A DNA stretch of 63,824 bases, counting the filler, from Lenisia limosa (Eukaryota; Protista; Breviatea): assembly GCA_001655205.1 (NCBI GenBank). It is 10 parts of 10 records of this genome, joined end to end, with 100 filler letters (N's around TTAATTAATTAA, not from the genome) between each part and the next. Parts side by side here need not be neighbours in the genome. Positions count along the whole stretch, not along the records: positions 1 to 22,464 come from LPNZ01006687.1; positions 22,565 to 28,415 come from LPNZ01004398.1; 8 more parts are not named here. One strand, written 5' to 3'. Every line of letters begins with the position of its first letter. Position 1 is the stretch's first letter. This document shows positions 12,500 through 25,649 of the stretch, one piece after another. The notes under the pieces are model-generated. The model was not told the origin of the DNA, did no database searches, and saw only the letters and a program-made list of their open reading frames with translations. Made by a program: the position numbers and the translations under genes.

Positions 12500-15400
12500 G
12501 TATGATTTGGCCACAGTGAAACATCATAGCAGAATAATACATGCAGTAGAAGAGGAACAATAACATACAGTTTCACAAAAACCTAGAAAATAGAATACAC
12601 ACCAACAATAATACCTAAAACTGATTCCAAACCATTTCATTTTCGACAACAATTTCCGTTTCTGTAATGTGAACAGGTAGGCAATCCAACATTGTCGCAA
12701 GAATCGAGATGATATCATAATGCTCCAAATATGAATATCTTCAGAAATTCATGGTAAATGTGGCTCGGCCCCCCACCTGGCTCGGATTCGGTTACAAACG
12801 GGAGCGCCATTGGTTGCACCCAGTCTGCAGTGTCACAAGGCAGAGCCAGCTCTCGCGTGAAGAAGTCTGAAGGGTCTGTCGTCACATCAATTATGCCTAT
12901 ATTGGCAACCTGGTGCTGTTAGAAGCTCATATGACTGGTAATAAATCTCAAATTTAGCCATTGATTTGTTTTATTGTTCGTCAAGGTCAAAGAAAATCAA
13001 TAAAATATCAACAAAGTCTTTTTGGGAGAAGCAAATAAAAGTTAATGTCACCACAAACCTTTCTCAAAAGAGCGAGAGTGTCTTTCTCTGTCTTAGCAAA
13101 TATGTTGAAAATCTGCCCCAGCCGCCTGAAATGGTGAAAGCAGGCTGCATCAAATTTCAATTCTTGTCTGAGCAAATACAGGATTTAGTATTCTCGTTTT
13201 GCACACAAACCTGTTTAACAGTTTTACAGAGTCACCCGCTACGTTATGCCGAAGAATGGTGATAAGCTCATAGATCGCACCAAGGTTGTTATGGAAGGAA
13301 GTACCTTGCTAAAGGATCAGGAATGGATATTGTTCTGGATAGTTGTAATAAGCAATAAAAAAAATTATTTGGCCAAAGACGTCCACATCACTCTGATAGA
13401 GATTTATCTAAAATCTATTATCAGATAGTCTACATAATATCATATACAATATCATATGTACAGTGATAGCTGCGGTTGTCACATTGAAAAACTCTCTTTG
13501 ACCATTGCTTACGTTATCAAGGAGAGAGAAAAACCAGGTTGCGAACAACTCCACCGCCATGATAGGGTAAACTGGACTAATTGCAGAGAAAAGGGCCTTC
13601 AAACTATCAACGTGCGTATTTGGGAGCTGAAGTGTCACGCTTGCGAATTTCGCCAAAACAAACAGGATGCAGTAAGAGAAATGACAGTGTGATTCTTATG
13701 TTTACGGTTCCATAAAAGGAAACGAATGATAACATACCGCTAAATGCTCGCAGCACAGTCGAAGGGCAAACGAGATGGGCAGCGTTGTACCATCATTTGA
13801 CACGGGTAAACACGAGTTTCGGAGTTGACTTCGGGTCACTTTGGTGTAGATCAGGTCCATAGTCAGGTCGACAAGTGCCGGGAAGTCTGCCAACTGCTGC
13901 GTTAAAGAGGGTGGTGAATTTGGTGATATCTGACAATGGACACCGCCTTCAACTGAAGTCAAAGAAAAATGCTTACTTGTTTCCATATTGTTGTGTTGGT
14001 TGGAACAATCATATCACAGCAAGCCTACACTGTCAGAAATGTCTAATTTGATTTGGGGAAAACAGAAAGAAAATAGTGTTCATATAATACTCACTGAACT
14101 TCACTTACCAGCAAATGAAAAACGTCTCGAGGGTAAGCCGAGAGTTTACTTAACTAAAAAAAGGGTTAGATTTGAATCAAAAATGTCTCACTGCAATTGT
14201 ATTCTAATGAACACCACGACACACCTTTTCAATCTCGGAAATGGCCACTGCACAGCGTTCTTCAAACGGAAAAGTGTCCAAATAGGCTCGAAAAGTGGAT
14301 AATCCAGGTTGGATCCCGTAAATGAACTTGATTTGCTCCTAAAAAGAATAAACACAGGGGGGGGGGGGGTCCAAACCNNNNNNNNNNNNNNNNNNNNNNN
14401 NNNNNNNNNNNNNNNNNNNNNNNNNNNNNNNNNNNNNNNNNNNNNGAATTGGAGCAAAGCGATCCACCTGATCAGTCAAAATTGAAGACCAGGCAACAAT
14501 TAAAAAAAAGAAAAAAAGACCAAGTTCGACAAACATCCCAAAAAACCACTTACCTCATCAATAAAGTTAGGAGGAAACATTGGCTGAACTTCGCGCAGAT
14601 ATTTGAAAGGGACTAAAATTTCGTGGAGCATATCTTCTGTGGGCCCTATGTCGTTGAAAAGGAGACAATGAATTCTGACAATTAACCACCACATTGCACC
14701 GACGTTTAAATATTCTGATAAATAACCCGCAAACTGGTTTTTGATACATATCGCTCAAATAACCCGCAAACTGGTTTTTGAGGTGAACGTGTATCCGTAA
14801 GCCTTGAGTTCACAAAGAACAAGGTGGTACATCTAGGAGTGTCAAGATTGCAACGTGTTATGTTTTCAGATCTGAGATTAGGTGTTTACGATGGAAAAGA
14901 AAAGAAAACAAACCCCACTTCTTGGTCGCCAAGAAGCGCTTTGTTCCAAAAGATTTCCACTCGATAGTGGTATTGCGTCTTGATCATGGCTTCAACAACA
15001 CTTCGTCTAACCGGACTGTGTGGCAACACTTCTTCTATCACCTGGGGAGTAAATATGTATAATATATGTGAATTAAATATCTCCATAAATCCAGGCTACA
15101 TTATATCCTAAAATAACACTGGAGAGGAGAAAAGCATGGGTGAAAATACTTACAAAAGTTTCACTCTTGGTCCCAACAGACCTTATTAAGGAAAAGGAAC
15201 AAGGTCATCTCCTTCTCTTCCGCCACCTCGTTTGCTCCCTGTCTTGTCAGAGTTGAATGTATGTTTAATAATGGTAATTGTACGCAATAGAATAAGTAAT
15301 AATATGATTACTATGATGAAATGATTAAATGCATCCGATTATATATCTGCGGTAAGCAGAAGACTGTGAACGGATTTATCATTTGTATCATTATTAATAT

Positions 15401-18400
15401 TCCAGAATATGCAATAGAAAAAACCATAAAAAAAAGAGGGAGCCACCAACCTTTAAATAAAACTCCACAGCTGGCTTCAAGAACCTACTGAATGAAACAT
15501 AGTTTTCACTTGGTTACAAAAGTAGTAAAATATCCAGGTATTTCGAGCAATTTATATTAAACAGGGAGGATTATGGAGAAGACATGGTCATTTCCGTGCG
15601 AACCGCAGGTCTGTTAAGGCCAACTTGGCCATAGCCATTGTTACCAAGGCTTGGTTTTCCTCAAACAGTGTCCACATTTTCTCACTGGCTTTCTGAAACG
15701 TCATCCAGAATGAAGGCAAAAAGTCCTACATCGCCTTCAGTAAAGGTGTCGGGAGTGGAACGCTTGATCTCCTCGCCGTACGTCAGGGCGAGAATGGGGA
15801 TGTTGTCGAGACGTGGACGGAGCACTGAACTGACCGGCCGCTCGGAGGGAATTGGACTAAAGTCTTAATTTCCTTCTTTACATAATGCCTCAAGATGGAC
15901 AGATTTTCACCCAAAATAGCCCAAGCTTGAAGCATACTTTCTTGTCGGGTCAAAGACGACTGTCAGACAAGGCCGGGTGAAAGGGACGGAGACATTGGAT
16001 TGTGGAGAGTACATCTGGAGCCCTTGGAAAAACGGCTGACCGGGTGTGACGCCTGCAGCCAGGTTGTTCTGGTCATCTCTACTGAGCTTGACTTCAACTT
16101 TCTTGCCTCGCGCAGCTTTCTTCAGGGGAGTGGGGGCTGGACTGTCAAGAATTTGCACACATCATATGCAAAAGTATACACATATAACTTATCAAGAGTA
16201 CTAGATTATGTTACAACCGCCAAGGCTATGGATCATATGATTGACATCCAGAAGACATCCATAATCCTACCCAGTTTACAACAAGCCTTAAACGGCTTAC
16301 GTTGATACTTAGCTTTAGGCTTGAGAGGAGTTTTAGCCTTGGACTTGCCTCTAGTCTTGGTTGGGATCGGCTCTTCTTCGGCCGGAAGTGGCGGTCTCAT
16401 ATCTAAAGGCAGCTGCTCGCGCGGTATCTGAAATGTCACAACAGANNNNNNNNNNNNNNNNNNNNNNNNNNNNNNNNNNNNNNNNNNNNNNNNNNNNNNN
16501 NNNNNNNNNNNNNNNNNNNNNNNNNNNNNNNAAAAAGTAGGCCGCTTACTTTGGGCTTAGGGACATGTGGATTGAAGGTTTGGGGAAGCCAGGGGAACAG
16601 ATTGAAGGGAGCTGGATCTCTTGGCTCAATTGGAATTATAGGCACAGGGTTGGCTGCCTGGGAAAAGGTGCGGCCCTGTGAAATTATTCCGATTCAATGG
16701 AGACAATCATTGGGACTGCAGGTTCTTTAATTTCTTATGAAATAAGCCATACCTATGAATTGCAACCCTTGTAAAATCCCAAAGATTAAACTAACTTGCG
16801 AATGCAATATAACAGTGCCCCACCTGGTAGAGGGTAGAGGCCGACATTGTTGCCCCCGGGAACGTGGGAAGGGTGCCGGTGTTCATGGCCTCAAGGGCCT
16901 GGCTGACCTCATCATCAAAGGCCTTGGTAAGGACGTCTATTGCCTTTGACGCGGCTAAAGGATCCTCCTGATGTGTCACCTCATTTTGATATAATATGAG
17001 AAATTATATCTCTGCACATTGCCGACAATAACTTATTGTTTCTTATAGTGTCAGTGATACAAATTATAAAATATCCCAGTCATACCACGGGTGGTGGTCT
17101 CAACTCCCGAGTTTCGGGTCTGACGGCCTTGCGCCTCTCCTCCAACTTTTGCCTGAACTTACGTTGTCGAGCCATTACTTCTTCAACCTTCACAGTTACG
17201 GTTAAAACAGCCTTAGACAACTCACGGTGTAGACGGGGATGTCAGACAGCTGTCGGATTTCTTGTCGTTTCAATTTGCCGTCCTGAGATGTTTATAGCAA
17301 GTTGAAGTCGCAAATTAGAACTCGTGAGAAATCGTATGTGAAGCTGATCCATTACATTCACTCTCCCATCCCTTACAGGTTCGCTATAGTCAATGTATAG
17401 GAGCACGCATACCTCCGTTCTCCCAGCCTCTTCTTGTTCCATTTCAGTTTCCATGTCTTTCTGCGCTCTTCGCATTTCATTGATTTCCTCAACAGTAGGG
17501 GCATGGATCTGAAATTATGAGAACGGATATTAAACATCAATATTCCATCTTTTATTTCTCTCCCACCGCTTCTGGCACATAGTTGATCAGGAAATTTTTG
17601 AGATCGTAGGGGTTCTTCTCGTCCCATGGACCTTTCAGCTACAATGTCAAGGATTGAAATTTGAAAAACATTGATAAAAGTGTAGCAAATAACCAAGCCA
17701 TCAACTTCTATTGAATAATTGATTCAAAAATGAGGTGGTGCATATAGCTGCCCAACTACTCAGTCGCCGATGCCAAGCCAGTTAAATAGAACAATAGCAG
17801 TGTACCCGGCTCACAGGTCGTTGCTTGTAGCGTGCCGATGTCCGTTGCGACTCTTCAGCTGAAATGACCGCTTGTCCTGGCTTGGCCTTGACCGCTGACT
17901 TCTTCGCAGCCTGTAATGTCAGCGGTGTATGCATGTGGAAATATGTAATGGTGTTGAAAACATGATTGATCCATCATATTGAATCTTTAACTCTGATACC
18001 ATTGCGACAACAGCAGCCTACTGGTGGCGGTGGCGGTGGCCTTGGCTTTGCTTTGGGCTTCGGCTTGGCTTTTCTTTTTGGCAAGTCCTCGGAAAGATCA
18101 TCATCATTCTCTGATGGCAACGGTAAGTCATCCATGTCCTCATCTTCGTCAGAAACAACCATGGGCACAGGCTTGTTTTGCCTGCCACGTGTGCGCCTTG
18201 GTCGGGTCGGAAGCTCGCTGCCGCTATCCGAAAATTCTTCGTAGGCCTCCACAGCACGGGTACGTGTCCGGCGTGTTCGTGTCGCTGGAAGGTCAAAATA
18301 AATAAAGCAAAGAAGAAACCAGACAAGAATAATCGCATTCCGCGTATCCATCAATATCTGATAAGCGTTGTTGATATTGTCTTGAAGCCCAAATAATCAG

Positions 18401-20051
18401 AGAAGCCTGCAGCATCAGACCTGGAGGTGGAGACGGCTTCGGGGCGGGCTTGGGCTTTTTCAGNNNNNNNNNNNNNNNNNNNNNNNNNNNNNNNNNNNNN
18501 NNNNNNNNNNNNNNNNNNNNNNNNNNNNNNNNNNNNNNNNNNNNNNNNNNNNNNNNNNNNNNNNNNNNNNNNNNNNNNNNACTCAATGACGGGACGGGGT
18601 GGCGCCTTCTTCTTCAGCGCCTGTCAAAAATGATGATGGGGTTGAACATGGCAATAAAAAATGATGGGGTTGAACATGGCAACAAACCGACATAGCGATA
18701 AATTAACACTGAATACAGAAACTAACATTTCACAATCTCACAAAACACAGATAGCAGGAACAACTGGGTACGACAAAAGTGACACGAAAACAAAGGTTCC
18801 TACAGGTTTGGCAACAGGTTTTCGAGCCGCTTTCGGCTTTGGTGTGACGATAGGTGGCATATCATCCATTTCGTCGTTCACGTCCGGTAACTTTTCTCCT
18901 AGAAAATAACAAGAATGCAAATTAAACACTTAATTTCACACAGTTTCCACGAGCTATTGTTCATCCTACTAGCCGTTACAGTACCTCTTTCCTCTGCTGC
19001 CTGCTGTGCGATATCGGAAGCAGTGATTCCCTCTGCAGCATGGCTGAAGTAAGCCTCAACACTTGGGCCTTCCATTTGGCCGCCAAACTTGGCCACCAAA
19101 GCTTCCTCCGCAGCAAGTCTCTTCTCGGCCTATACGGTCAACAGAAAGCAAAGCCTGGGTTTCTGGATAAAATGTCGAAAAATCCCAAATATATAAACAT
19201 CATATTACTATCCATTTTACATTCATTACTGTATACCCTTGAATCATGATAAAAACAATCCAGCAACAGCGTTTTCATCTCCAAATCCGGCCTACTTCAT
19301 GGTAAGACACCACTTTTCGTTTTCTCTTTCTTCGGCCGCCCTCCATCGCCGCCGTGGCCTCCTTCATGACAGCCTCCAGTTCCTTGTCGTCCATATCCCG
19401 AACAGAGCGTTGCTGCACAATGGGGGCCGGGGCTTTCTTCTTCAGCACGGGGGCGGCTGCTGGCATCGACTGCAATATAAAAACTCGGGAATTCACATCC
19501 GCTGCAATTCAATCTGTTCACTTTGGTTAGTTAATCAAAATATCAAAAAAAAACAAGATATTTCGTAGTACCGACAAAAAAAGTACTCTAAAGCCAGAGC
19601 CAAATATGATAGTGTATTTATATGAGTCTATCTCACCACAAGCATGATAAAACAAACCACCAACCAAAGTCTCTTGTGTAACAATTCTCATTCTTCCATT
19701 TGCGTCGATGTTTGATGGTAGTGAGGGTTGTGAAGGTTGAGACGGAACGGAGGGGGCCGACGATGGAGGGGGAGGCGCGAAGGTTTCCTCATCGGTAGGA
19801 GAAGGAAGGAATGCGTCTTGCGGCAGGAAGGGATTTTCCTCAATAATTTCTTTTATTTGATTGAGAGGCTGCTCCTCTTCATCCTCCCAGTCCTCATCGG
19901 CACCGTCTTCTTCGTTTTCTTCAGCATCACTTTGTGGCGGGGTGGGATTAGGAGTTGAGCCTTCGCTTGACGGCTGCGGGAAGTCTTCTTGCTCAAAGTT
20001 ATCGACAAGAGATGAGTGAGCTTGGGAAGCGTTGTCACCAAGAAAACTCAT
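12500..20051 (-). CDS. Large uncharacterised protein with acidic/Pro/Lys-rich N-half and globular C-half (possibly two genes)
   Basis: ATG at 20051 (MSFLGDNAS...). About 25 GT-AG-bounded exons, e.g. KRKAKPKPKAKPRPPPP, EQIKFIYGIQPGLSTFRAYLD, VANIGIIDVTTDPSDF. Confidence 0.55.
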
Positions 20052-20493
20052 AATGGCGCAACAACTAAGGGGCCTTCTCAAGTGGCTTTCTCAGAGTCTT
20101 ACAACTTGAAAACGATGAATATCAACCTTAGTACGCTGTCATTTATCTAATACGCTAAGTACAGGAGCATCTTGCATCACAATAGTACTAATTAGTCCTG
20201 AATATGACCAAATTAACTATATTTTGCTGAAATCTTGAATTAAAGTTAAAGGCTGCATATTTTCTGAAAAAAGGGGATGAAAAATATCGACTTTTTTCGA
20301 ATTTTTTTCGAGTTTCCTTGCTTTTCTATTTCTCCCAACGCAATGGCCCTTCCTCTTGCCCTCCTCTCTCTCTCAACTCTATAATACTTCAATAACTGTT
20401 CTATAAGTATAATACGAGGAAGAAGACAAATACGCAAAGCACGACAAAAGGTTCCCTGTCCAATGTTCTTACTACAACGTTGAAACATCCACA

Positions 20494-22010
20494 ATGTCTC
20501 TTTTTCTTGATAGTGGTGTTCTTACCACCAAACATAAAAGAAGAGAAAAATGTCAATCTCTTGAGGACATGTGCATTTCCAAGCTTCAGAATAAAGTTCA
20601 TAGTATGGAGATTCACTCTTTTTTTTGTCTTTTCTTACCGCTTAGTGATTGCATCTTTAAATGGAATCAATCCAGTATTTCATGTTGCTATTCTTAAACA
20701 TGCTTCAAAGGATGATCTCTCTCGCATCGAGGATGCTACACAGGTAATTGGTTCTTTTGACGATTCCAAAGTCATCGTTTTAGGATATTGAACCCGATGT
20801 ATCAACTTTGTGGCAGAAGTATGTTGATAAGCTTCCAAATAAGCTCGTCAAACAAGTGATTGAGGAAGAAGGAAAGAGACCTCCAAACAGAATATTATAT
20901 GAAGTAAGCGATAAACTGCGTGGAAATAGAGGGTTAAATTTCTTGTCAGTATATGTCGTGTCTGTTGAGGCTTTACAACAATAATAATGAGTACTCCTTT
21001 CTACTTTATTCTGATAATTTAGATGGTAACTTTATTGAAAGAGAAAAAACTACAGGATGCAAAGGAAAAGCTCAGAGAAACCAACGATCAACTGGCAATA
21101 GGTTTGGATTATTTCTGGGGAACATAAATATGATATGTGTTGCAAAGTATATTCTTGGCTTTTTAATAAAAAAATTCATATGAAGAGATTATTGAATCAA
21201 ATAGTAATTTCTTCTACTGTTTTTTTTAGAAAATGGGTAATAACCCTAGCATTCAAAACAGCTTTACTCGCTCCTCTCTTCATTAAATTCTTGCTCATTG
21301 AAAAGACATCATTTTTTGCTATCCCTTCTCTTGGAAAAAAAAGAAAAAAAAAAAAGAACTACAACCACGCGTTTTTTTTGCTTCATCGAACACTGTTTTT
21401 CCTCTCTCTTTTGTCATCTTTGTGATTAATGCTATATGGAAAGTTAAAAGTCATATTTTGGCCTTTACTTAATTTACAGATGAGTCAATGCATCAGACAA
21501 AAATGATGGAATCTGTTACAAAGAGATCATCATTTGGCAGACAGCCGAGAAGGGGCTTTGAATTGGCGGTTGGTTTTCTTGAACTATTTCACCTATCCTT
21601 CACAAGAGCAATTTCATTATTATCAAAATAAAATACAGCAAGTCTGAACATGAACCTTTTTTTATCCTACATAGCCGAAAGGGTCCCTCTCTTTTTGGTA
21701 AAACTAACATCTGTAGCCACAGAGAAAACTCCTTCAACCTGCCAAAAAACCTTCAGGGTAAGAGAATAGATTATTGATCAAAGAATTATGATGATGATTA
21801 ATCGTAGAAAATATCACCCATATCAAGAAAAACAAAACCTTAATAGTTACCTGGTTATTTTATTCGCGCTCATATATCACTGATCATTTTTTTTTATCAT
21901 TTAGCCCGCCTACCAACATCCACGCAGCCGTTCGCAATGCACAGCGTCCATGGATGCGTGTTAGCGATACTTCAAAAAGTAATCGCTGGCTTCACATTAT
22001 CCCCAAACAT
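20494..22010 (+). CDS. ELOA: Elongin-A (Ela1)-like protein
   Basis: Spliced product has BC-box-like SLEDMCISKLQN, then ILKHASKDDLSRIEDATQDIEPDVSTLWQKY and KLQDAKEKLRE, matching the remembered Elongin A pattern. Last-exon frame is uncertain. Confidence 0.65.
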
Positions 22011-22033
22011 TTAAGAGATTTCTCGATAACTTT

Positions 22034-25000
22034 TCAATTAACCCACTCAGTGTCGTGTTCTGGTAGTATGACTGAGAAATCAGAAACAGCCTCGAAATTG
22101 GTGAATAGTGTTGCAGCTGGAGCTAAGGTTGGTAGTTGGGAGACATTTGAAACATGCAATAGTAAATGTCTTGGGAGGTACGCTTTGGACATACATAAGC
22201 TGTCTAAAAGTGTGGTATTGCGTTAGTATAACACCCAGATTGCCGCCACTCAAAGGAAGCCAAGTGGATATTCCTTCATGGTAAAGCCGAAGAAGCCAGA
22301 AGCGGAGCCTCTTCGCGAACCGCCTCGGATGAAAACTATAAGTCACAAGTTGGCACAATGGCATGTTTTAATTCCAAACACAATTACAATAATGAGTACT
22401 ATATTATATAGCAATGAGAAAAAAATAAAATAAAGATGTATCTGGGCGAAGCCGTCCACACCATNNNNNNNNNNNNNNNNNNNNNNNNNNNNNNNNNNNN
22501 NNNNNNNNTTAATTAATTAANNNNNNNNNNNNNNNNNNNNNNNNNNNNNNNNNNNNNNNNNNNNCAATTTCTTCAACACACCTGTTGCCTGATTCTCGCG
22601 TTCATCATATTGATATAGGTCTTGAAGACAGGGATGCAACGGACGGCCAAAGCTGAGGCGTAGTACACTCGAAATCTTTGGAGGTCGGGGTGGGTCTGCC
22701 AGAACTCTTCCAGAATCAAAAGAAGCTCCTGAGAAGTCAACGAGAGAGGTGTTACGATCGGAGTCGGTTTAGACGATAATAATACCAGCCATTTATCCCA
22801 ACAGACCTGGGCTCTTCCAAGAGCAAACGCTGGAACAAGGCATCGCCCGCCCCTTCGGATGACTTTCTCCACTGCCCCTGTGAACCGCNNNNNNNNNNNN
22901 NNNNNNNNNNNNNNNNNNNNNNNNNNNNNNNNNNNNNNNNNNNNNNNNNNNNNNNNNNNNNNNNNNNNNNNNNNNNNNNNNTGGACCTAGGTGGAGGTTA
23001 AGAGAGAAAATTTGCAGGTGTAAAACAAAGAATATAAGACAGGAGGGGGAAAAACAAAAACAAAAACACACAAATTGAGGGGATTGATGCCTTGGCTCCG
23101 GCGTACCTGAACACCATATGTCGACTCGACAATGACCACATCAGGGTTGACATGGGGGGTCTCGGCACCCTAGATCATTATCATGTGTGAACTGTAAAAT
23201 GTAACCTATGATCTATTATTCACTTTATCAGAATAAGTATGCTAAAGTAAAGGTTTTTATCCTGCAGCAGTAACCCTCCTTCACAATAATGAGGATTATA
23301 TCTATCAATCAATACTTTTTTTTGACTACCCAGGAGACACTTACCTGAAGATGTCTGTCAGCATGACGTGAGAAATCACCTGGGGGGGGGGGTAACAATA
23401 TAGTTTGTCAAAAGAAATTTCAAGACTATTAACAAATTTTAGCAAGAAAAATAAGATAAGAAAACCAACCAGTATAAAGGATTTTGACACCCTCGATCTC
23501 CACCAGAAACATGGCAGCACCAAGCACGTGCCCGGCGTTGTAGCACCAGAAGCGGATGCCGTCATGCTCAACCTGGCATTTTAGAGAAGAATAGAAAAGG
23601 GTAAAGTATGGCAAACGAGTGAATATAAAAGCATGGCAACGTAATTATGTCTCAATTATAAAACAGTAGAAAAAAAATATATTAACAGGAAATAAAAAAA
23701 AGCGTAGTATTGCAGCAGTGTACCTCTTGATGGTAGTTCAAGGTTTCCGATTTTTTGAGACAGTTGAGGAGGTCAGCCTCATGGTACAAACTTGTGTCGG
23801 TATTGTTGATACTGGGGGGGGGGGCAAANNNNNNNNNNNNNNNNNNNNNNNNNNNNNNNNNNNNNNNNNNNNNNNNNNNNNNNNNTATGATCCATTACAC
23901 TCAGAAACACCAATATTTATCAATATATTCAAACCAAATTCTCAAATAATAATATTTCCCGGGTTGACCAGAGCCAAAAACTAAAGCAGCCCCTCCCTCT
24001 CACGATACACGAGCGTGGTCAGACAGCAGAAGACGGATGATGGACTTTGTGGGGTGTGTCATGAACACGCGACCGCCAAAGGTCGTCTAGGAGGTAAGGG
24101 GTGCGCTCTTGTTGATTTCTGAATCTAGAATAACGTGGTGCATTTTCTCCAGTAAATTTGTTTTCAGATGAAGTACAGATACACTTGAGCTAAAACAAGG
24201 AGCACACATAAAATAAATAGATTTATTAAAAAAAAAAAAAGATAGATCGCAGACAAAGACACTATTCAGATAGTCAAACATCAGACTTCACAACACTACC
24301 TTGTAGTTTTCAGCATAACATTGTATTTTACATTTAGACGATTAAACTATCAAAATGAAGATTAGAAATACACAATGGGGGAGGGGTAGGAGAGGCTTAC
24401 ACGTTCAGTGAGATGAGGGAGAGCGCCGACATGGTCCACGTGGAAACTGGACAGTTAGTAAAAATATCGATCACTGCAAAACTATGCATGCGTTTCTAGG
24501 TAGCTATTTTTTTTGGTTAATAGTGGATAACTGGGTACACGAAGTATCAGGTGGTATGGAAATAGGGGTTTGATTCAAAAAAACTAATGTCGAGGATTTA
24601 TTTTATGATTTGAATAAATATGATTTCTCTTGAGAGAATACCACCTCCAAAGCCTCTCATAATAATTTTCTGAATCGAAGTGATAGAAAATGCAACAAAC
24701 CCAACCCACTGAGAAATGAGACAGAGGTCCACAGTTGAGAGGTCTATTTCGTCGAAGTACGGCAGCGAGTCGATGCCAGAAAGAGCAGGGTGGACGCCGC
24801 AGTCAAACTGGATGTCAAAGGGAATTGAAACTACAATAAACACAATACCGTTACTGCACATACACAGAAATACATACATAAACCTAACACAAGATTAAAC
24901 CAAAACAAAGCAAACACAGCCATCATTTTCGAAATTCGCGCGTGTCTTTATTTCAGTTATATTATGAACGCAACATCATTCTAAAAATTCAATAACATTA

Positions 25001-25313
25001 ATATGATTCAGGAAGATAAAAGAAGCCAACAACACCAGGCAGGGCTATTCACACTTACCATGATAGTTTTACCCTTGAACTTGACAATGATGCAAGATCT
25101 TCCGACCTCCTGCCCCGCACCAAGGGGAATGACCTCAAGTACCTCACTGTCAGGACCAATTGCTGTGCTAATCTTCCCGGTCTGTGCGCCGACAGGGATG
25201 GCTGCTGATGGCGGAGGCCCTTCATCAATGTCCTGATCAGCTTCAGGCTGTGCTGGAACGACCCATGACGACAACGCTCTCCTCTTAGGCGCGGGAGCAG
25301 GGATCGCTGACAT
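22034..25313 (-). CDS. CPSF3: Cleavage and polyadenylation endonuclease CPSF73 (middle part lost at linker 22465-22564)
   Basis: Motifs [81 protein letters not shown]-terminal [16 protein letters not shown] resembles the CPSF73 C-domain. Confidence 0.96.
22408..22464. repeat. Family B element, cut by gap
   Basis: TAGCAATGAGAAA...GTATCTGGGCGAAGCCGTCCACACCAT. Confidence 0.75.
22465..22564. other. Artificial contig linker N44-TTAATTAATTAA-N44 (12-mers also at 28460, 32701, 35184, 40025, 42939, 53858, 58482, 62412)
   Basis: Identical six-frame-stop 12-mer embedded in Ns nine times. Confidence 0.97.
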
Positions 25314-25649
25314 TTTGGTCCTCTCTCAAGAGTCTAGCTCCCAATCCACCTAAAGATTTACTTTTATTTATGCTTTTATGTATGTTTAATTCTGCAAAAA
25401 CCAAAACCCAAAACTGCGGCGAAGAAAAGAGGATCTATATATTAAGTCTGGGTGGACTGAATAAATTCAAAAAACACAACTGCAACTACGCATTCAATGC
25501 TCCGCCATTCTCAGTAGCTGCCCCATGTAAATATTCATCAGGGAATTCCGCAGTGCTTCTGCTTCTTCTGCTTCTCTTGTTCAGTATGAACCTATCATCC
25601 TTAATTCTTTAAACTGCTCTGCCGCCGGTGCCCCCTGTAAGTATCGTTA

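Noticed and set aside
11020-18685. Small local tandem duplications (about 11025-11085, 14719-14783, 18625-18685; also 32510-32550, 62510-62560)
   Set aside because: Two-copy 17-32 bp intronic or intergenic slippage events with unrelated sequences; no spacer-repeat structure, so not CRISPR-like.
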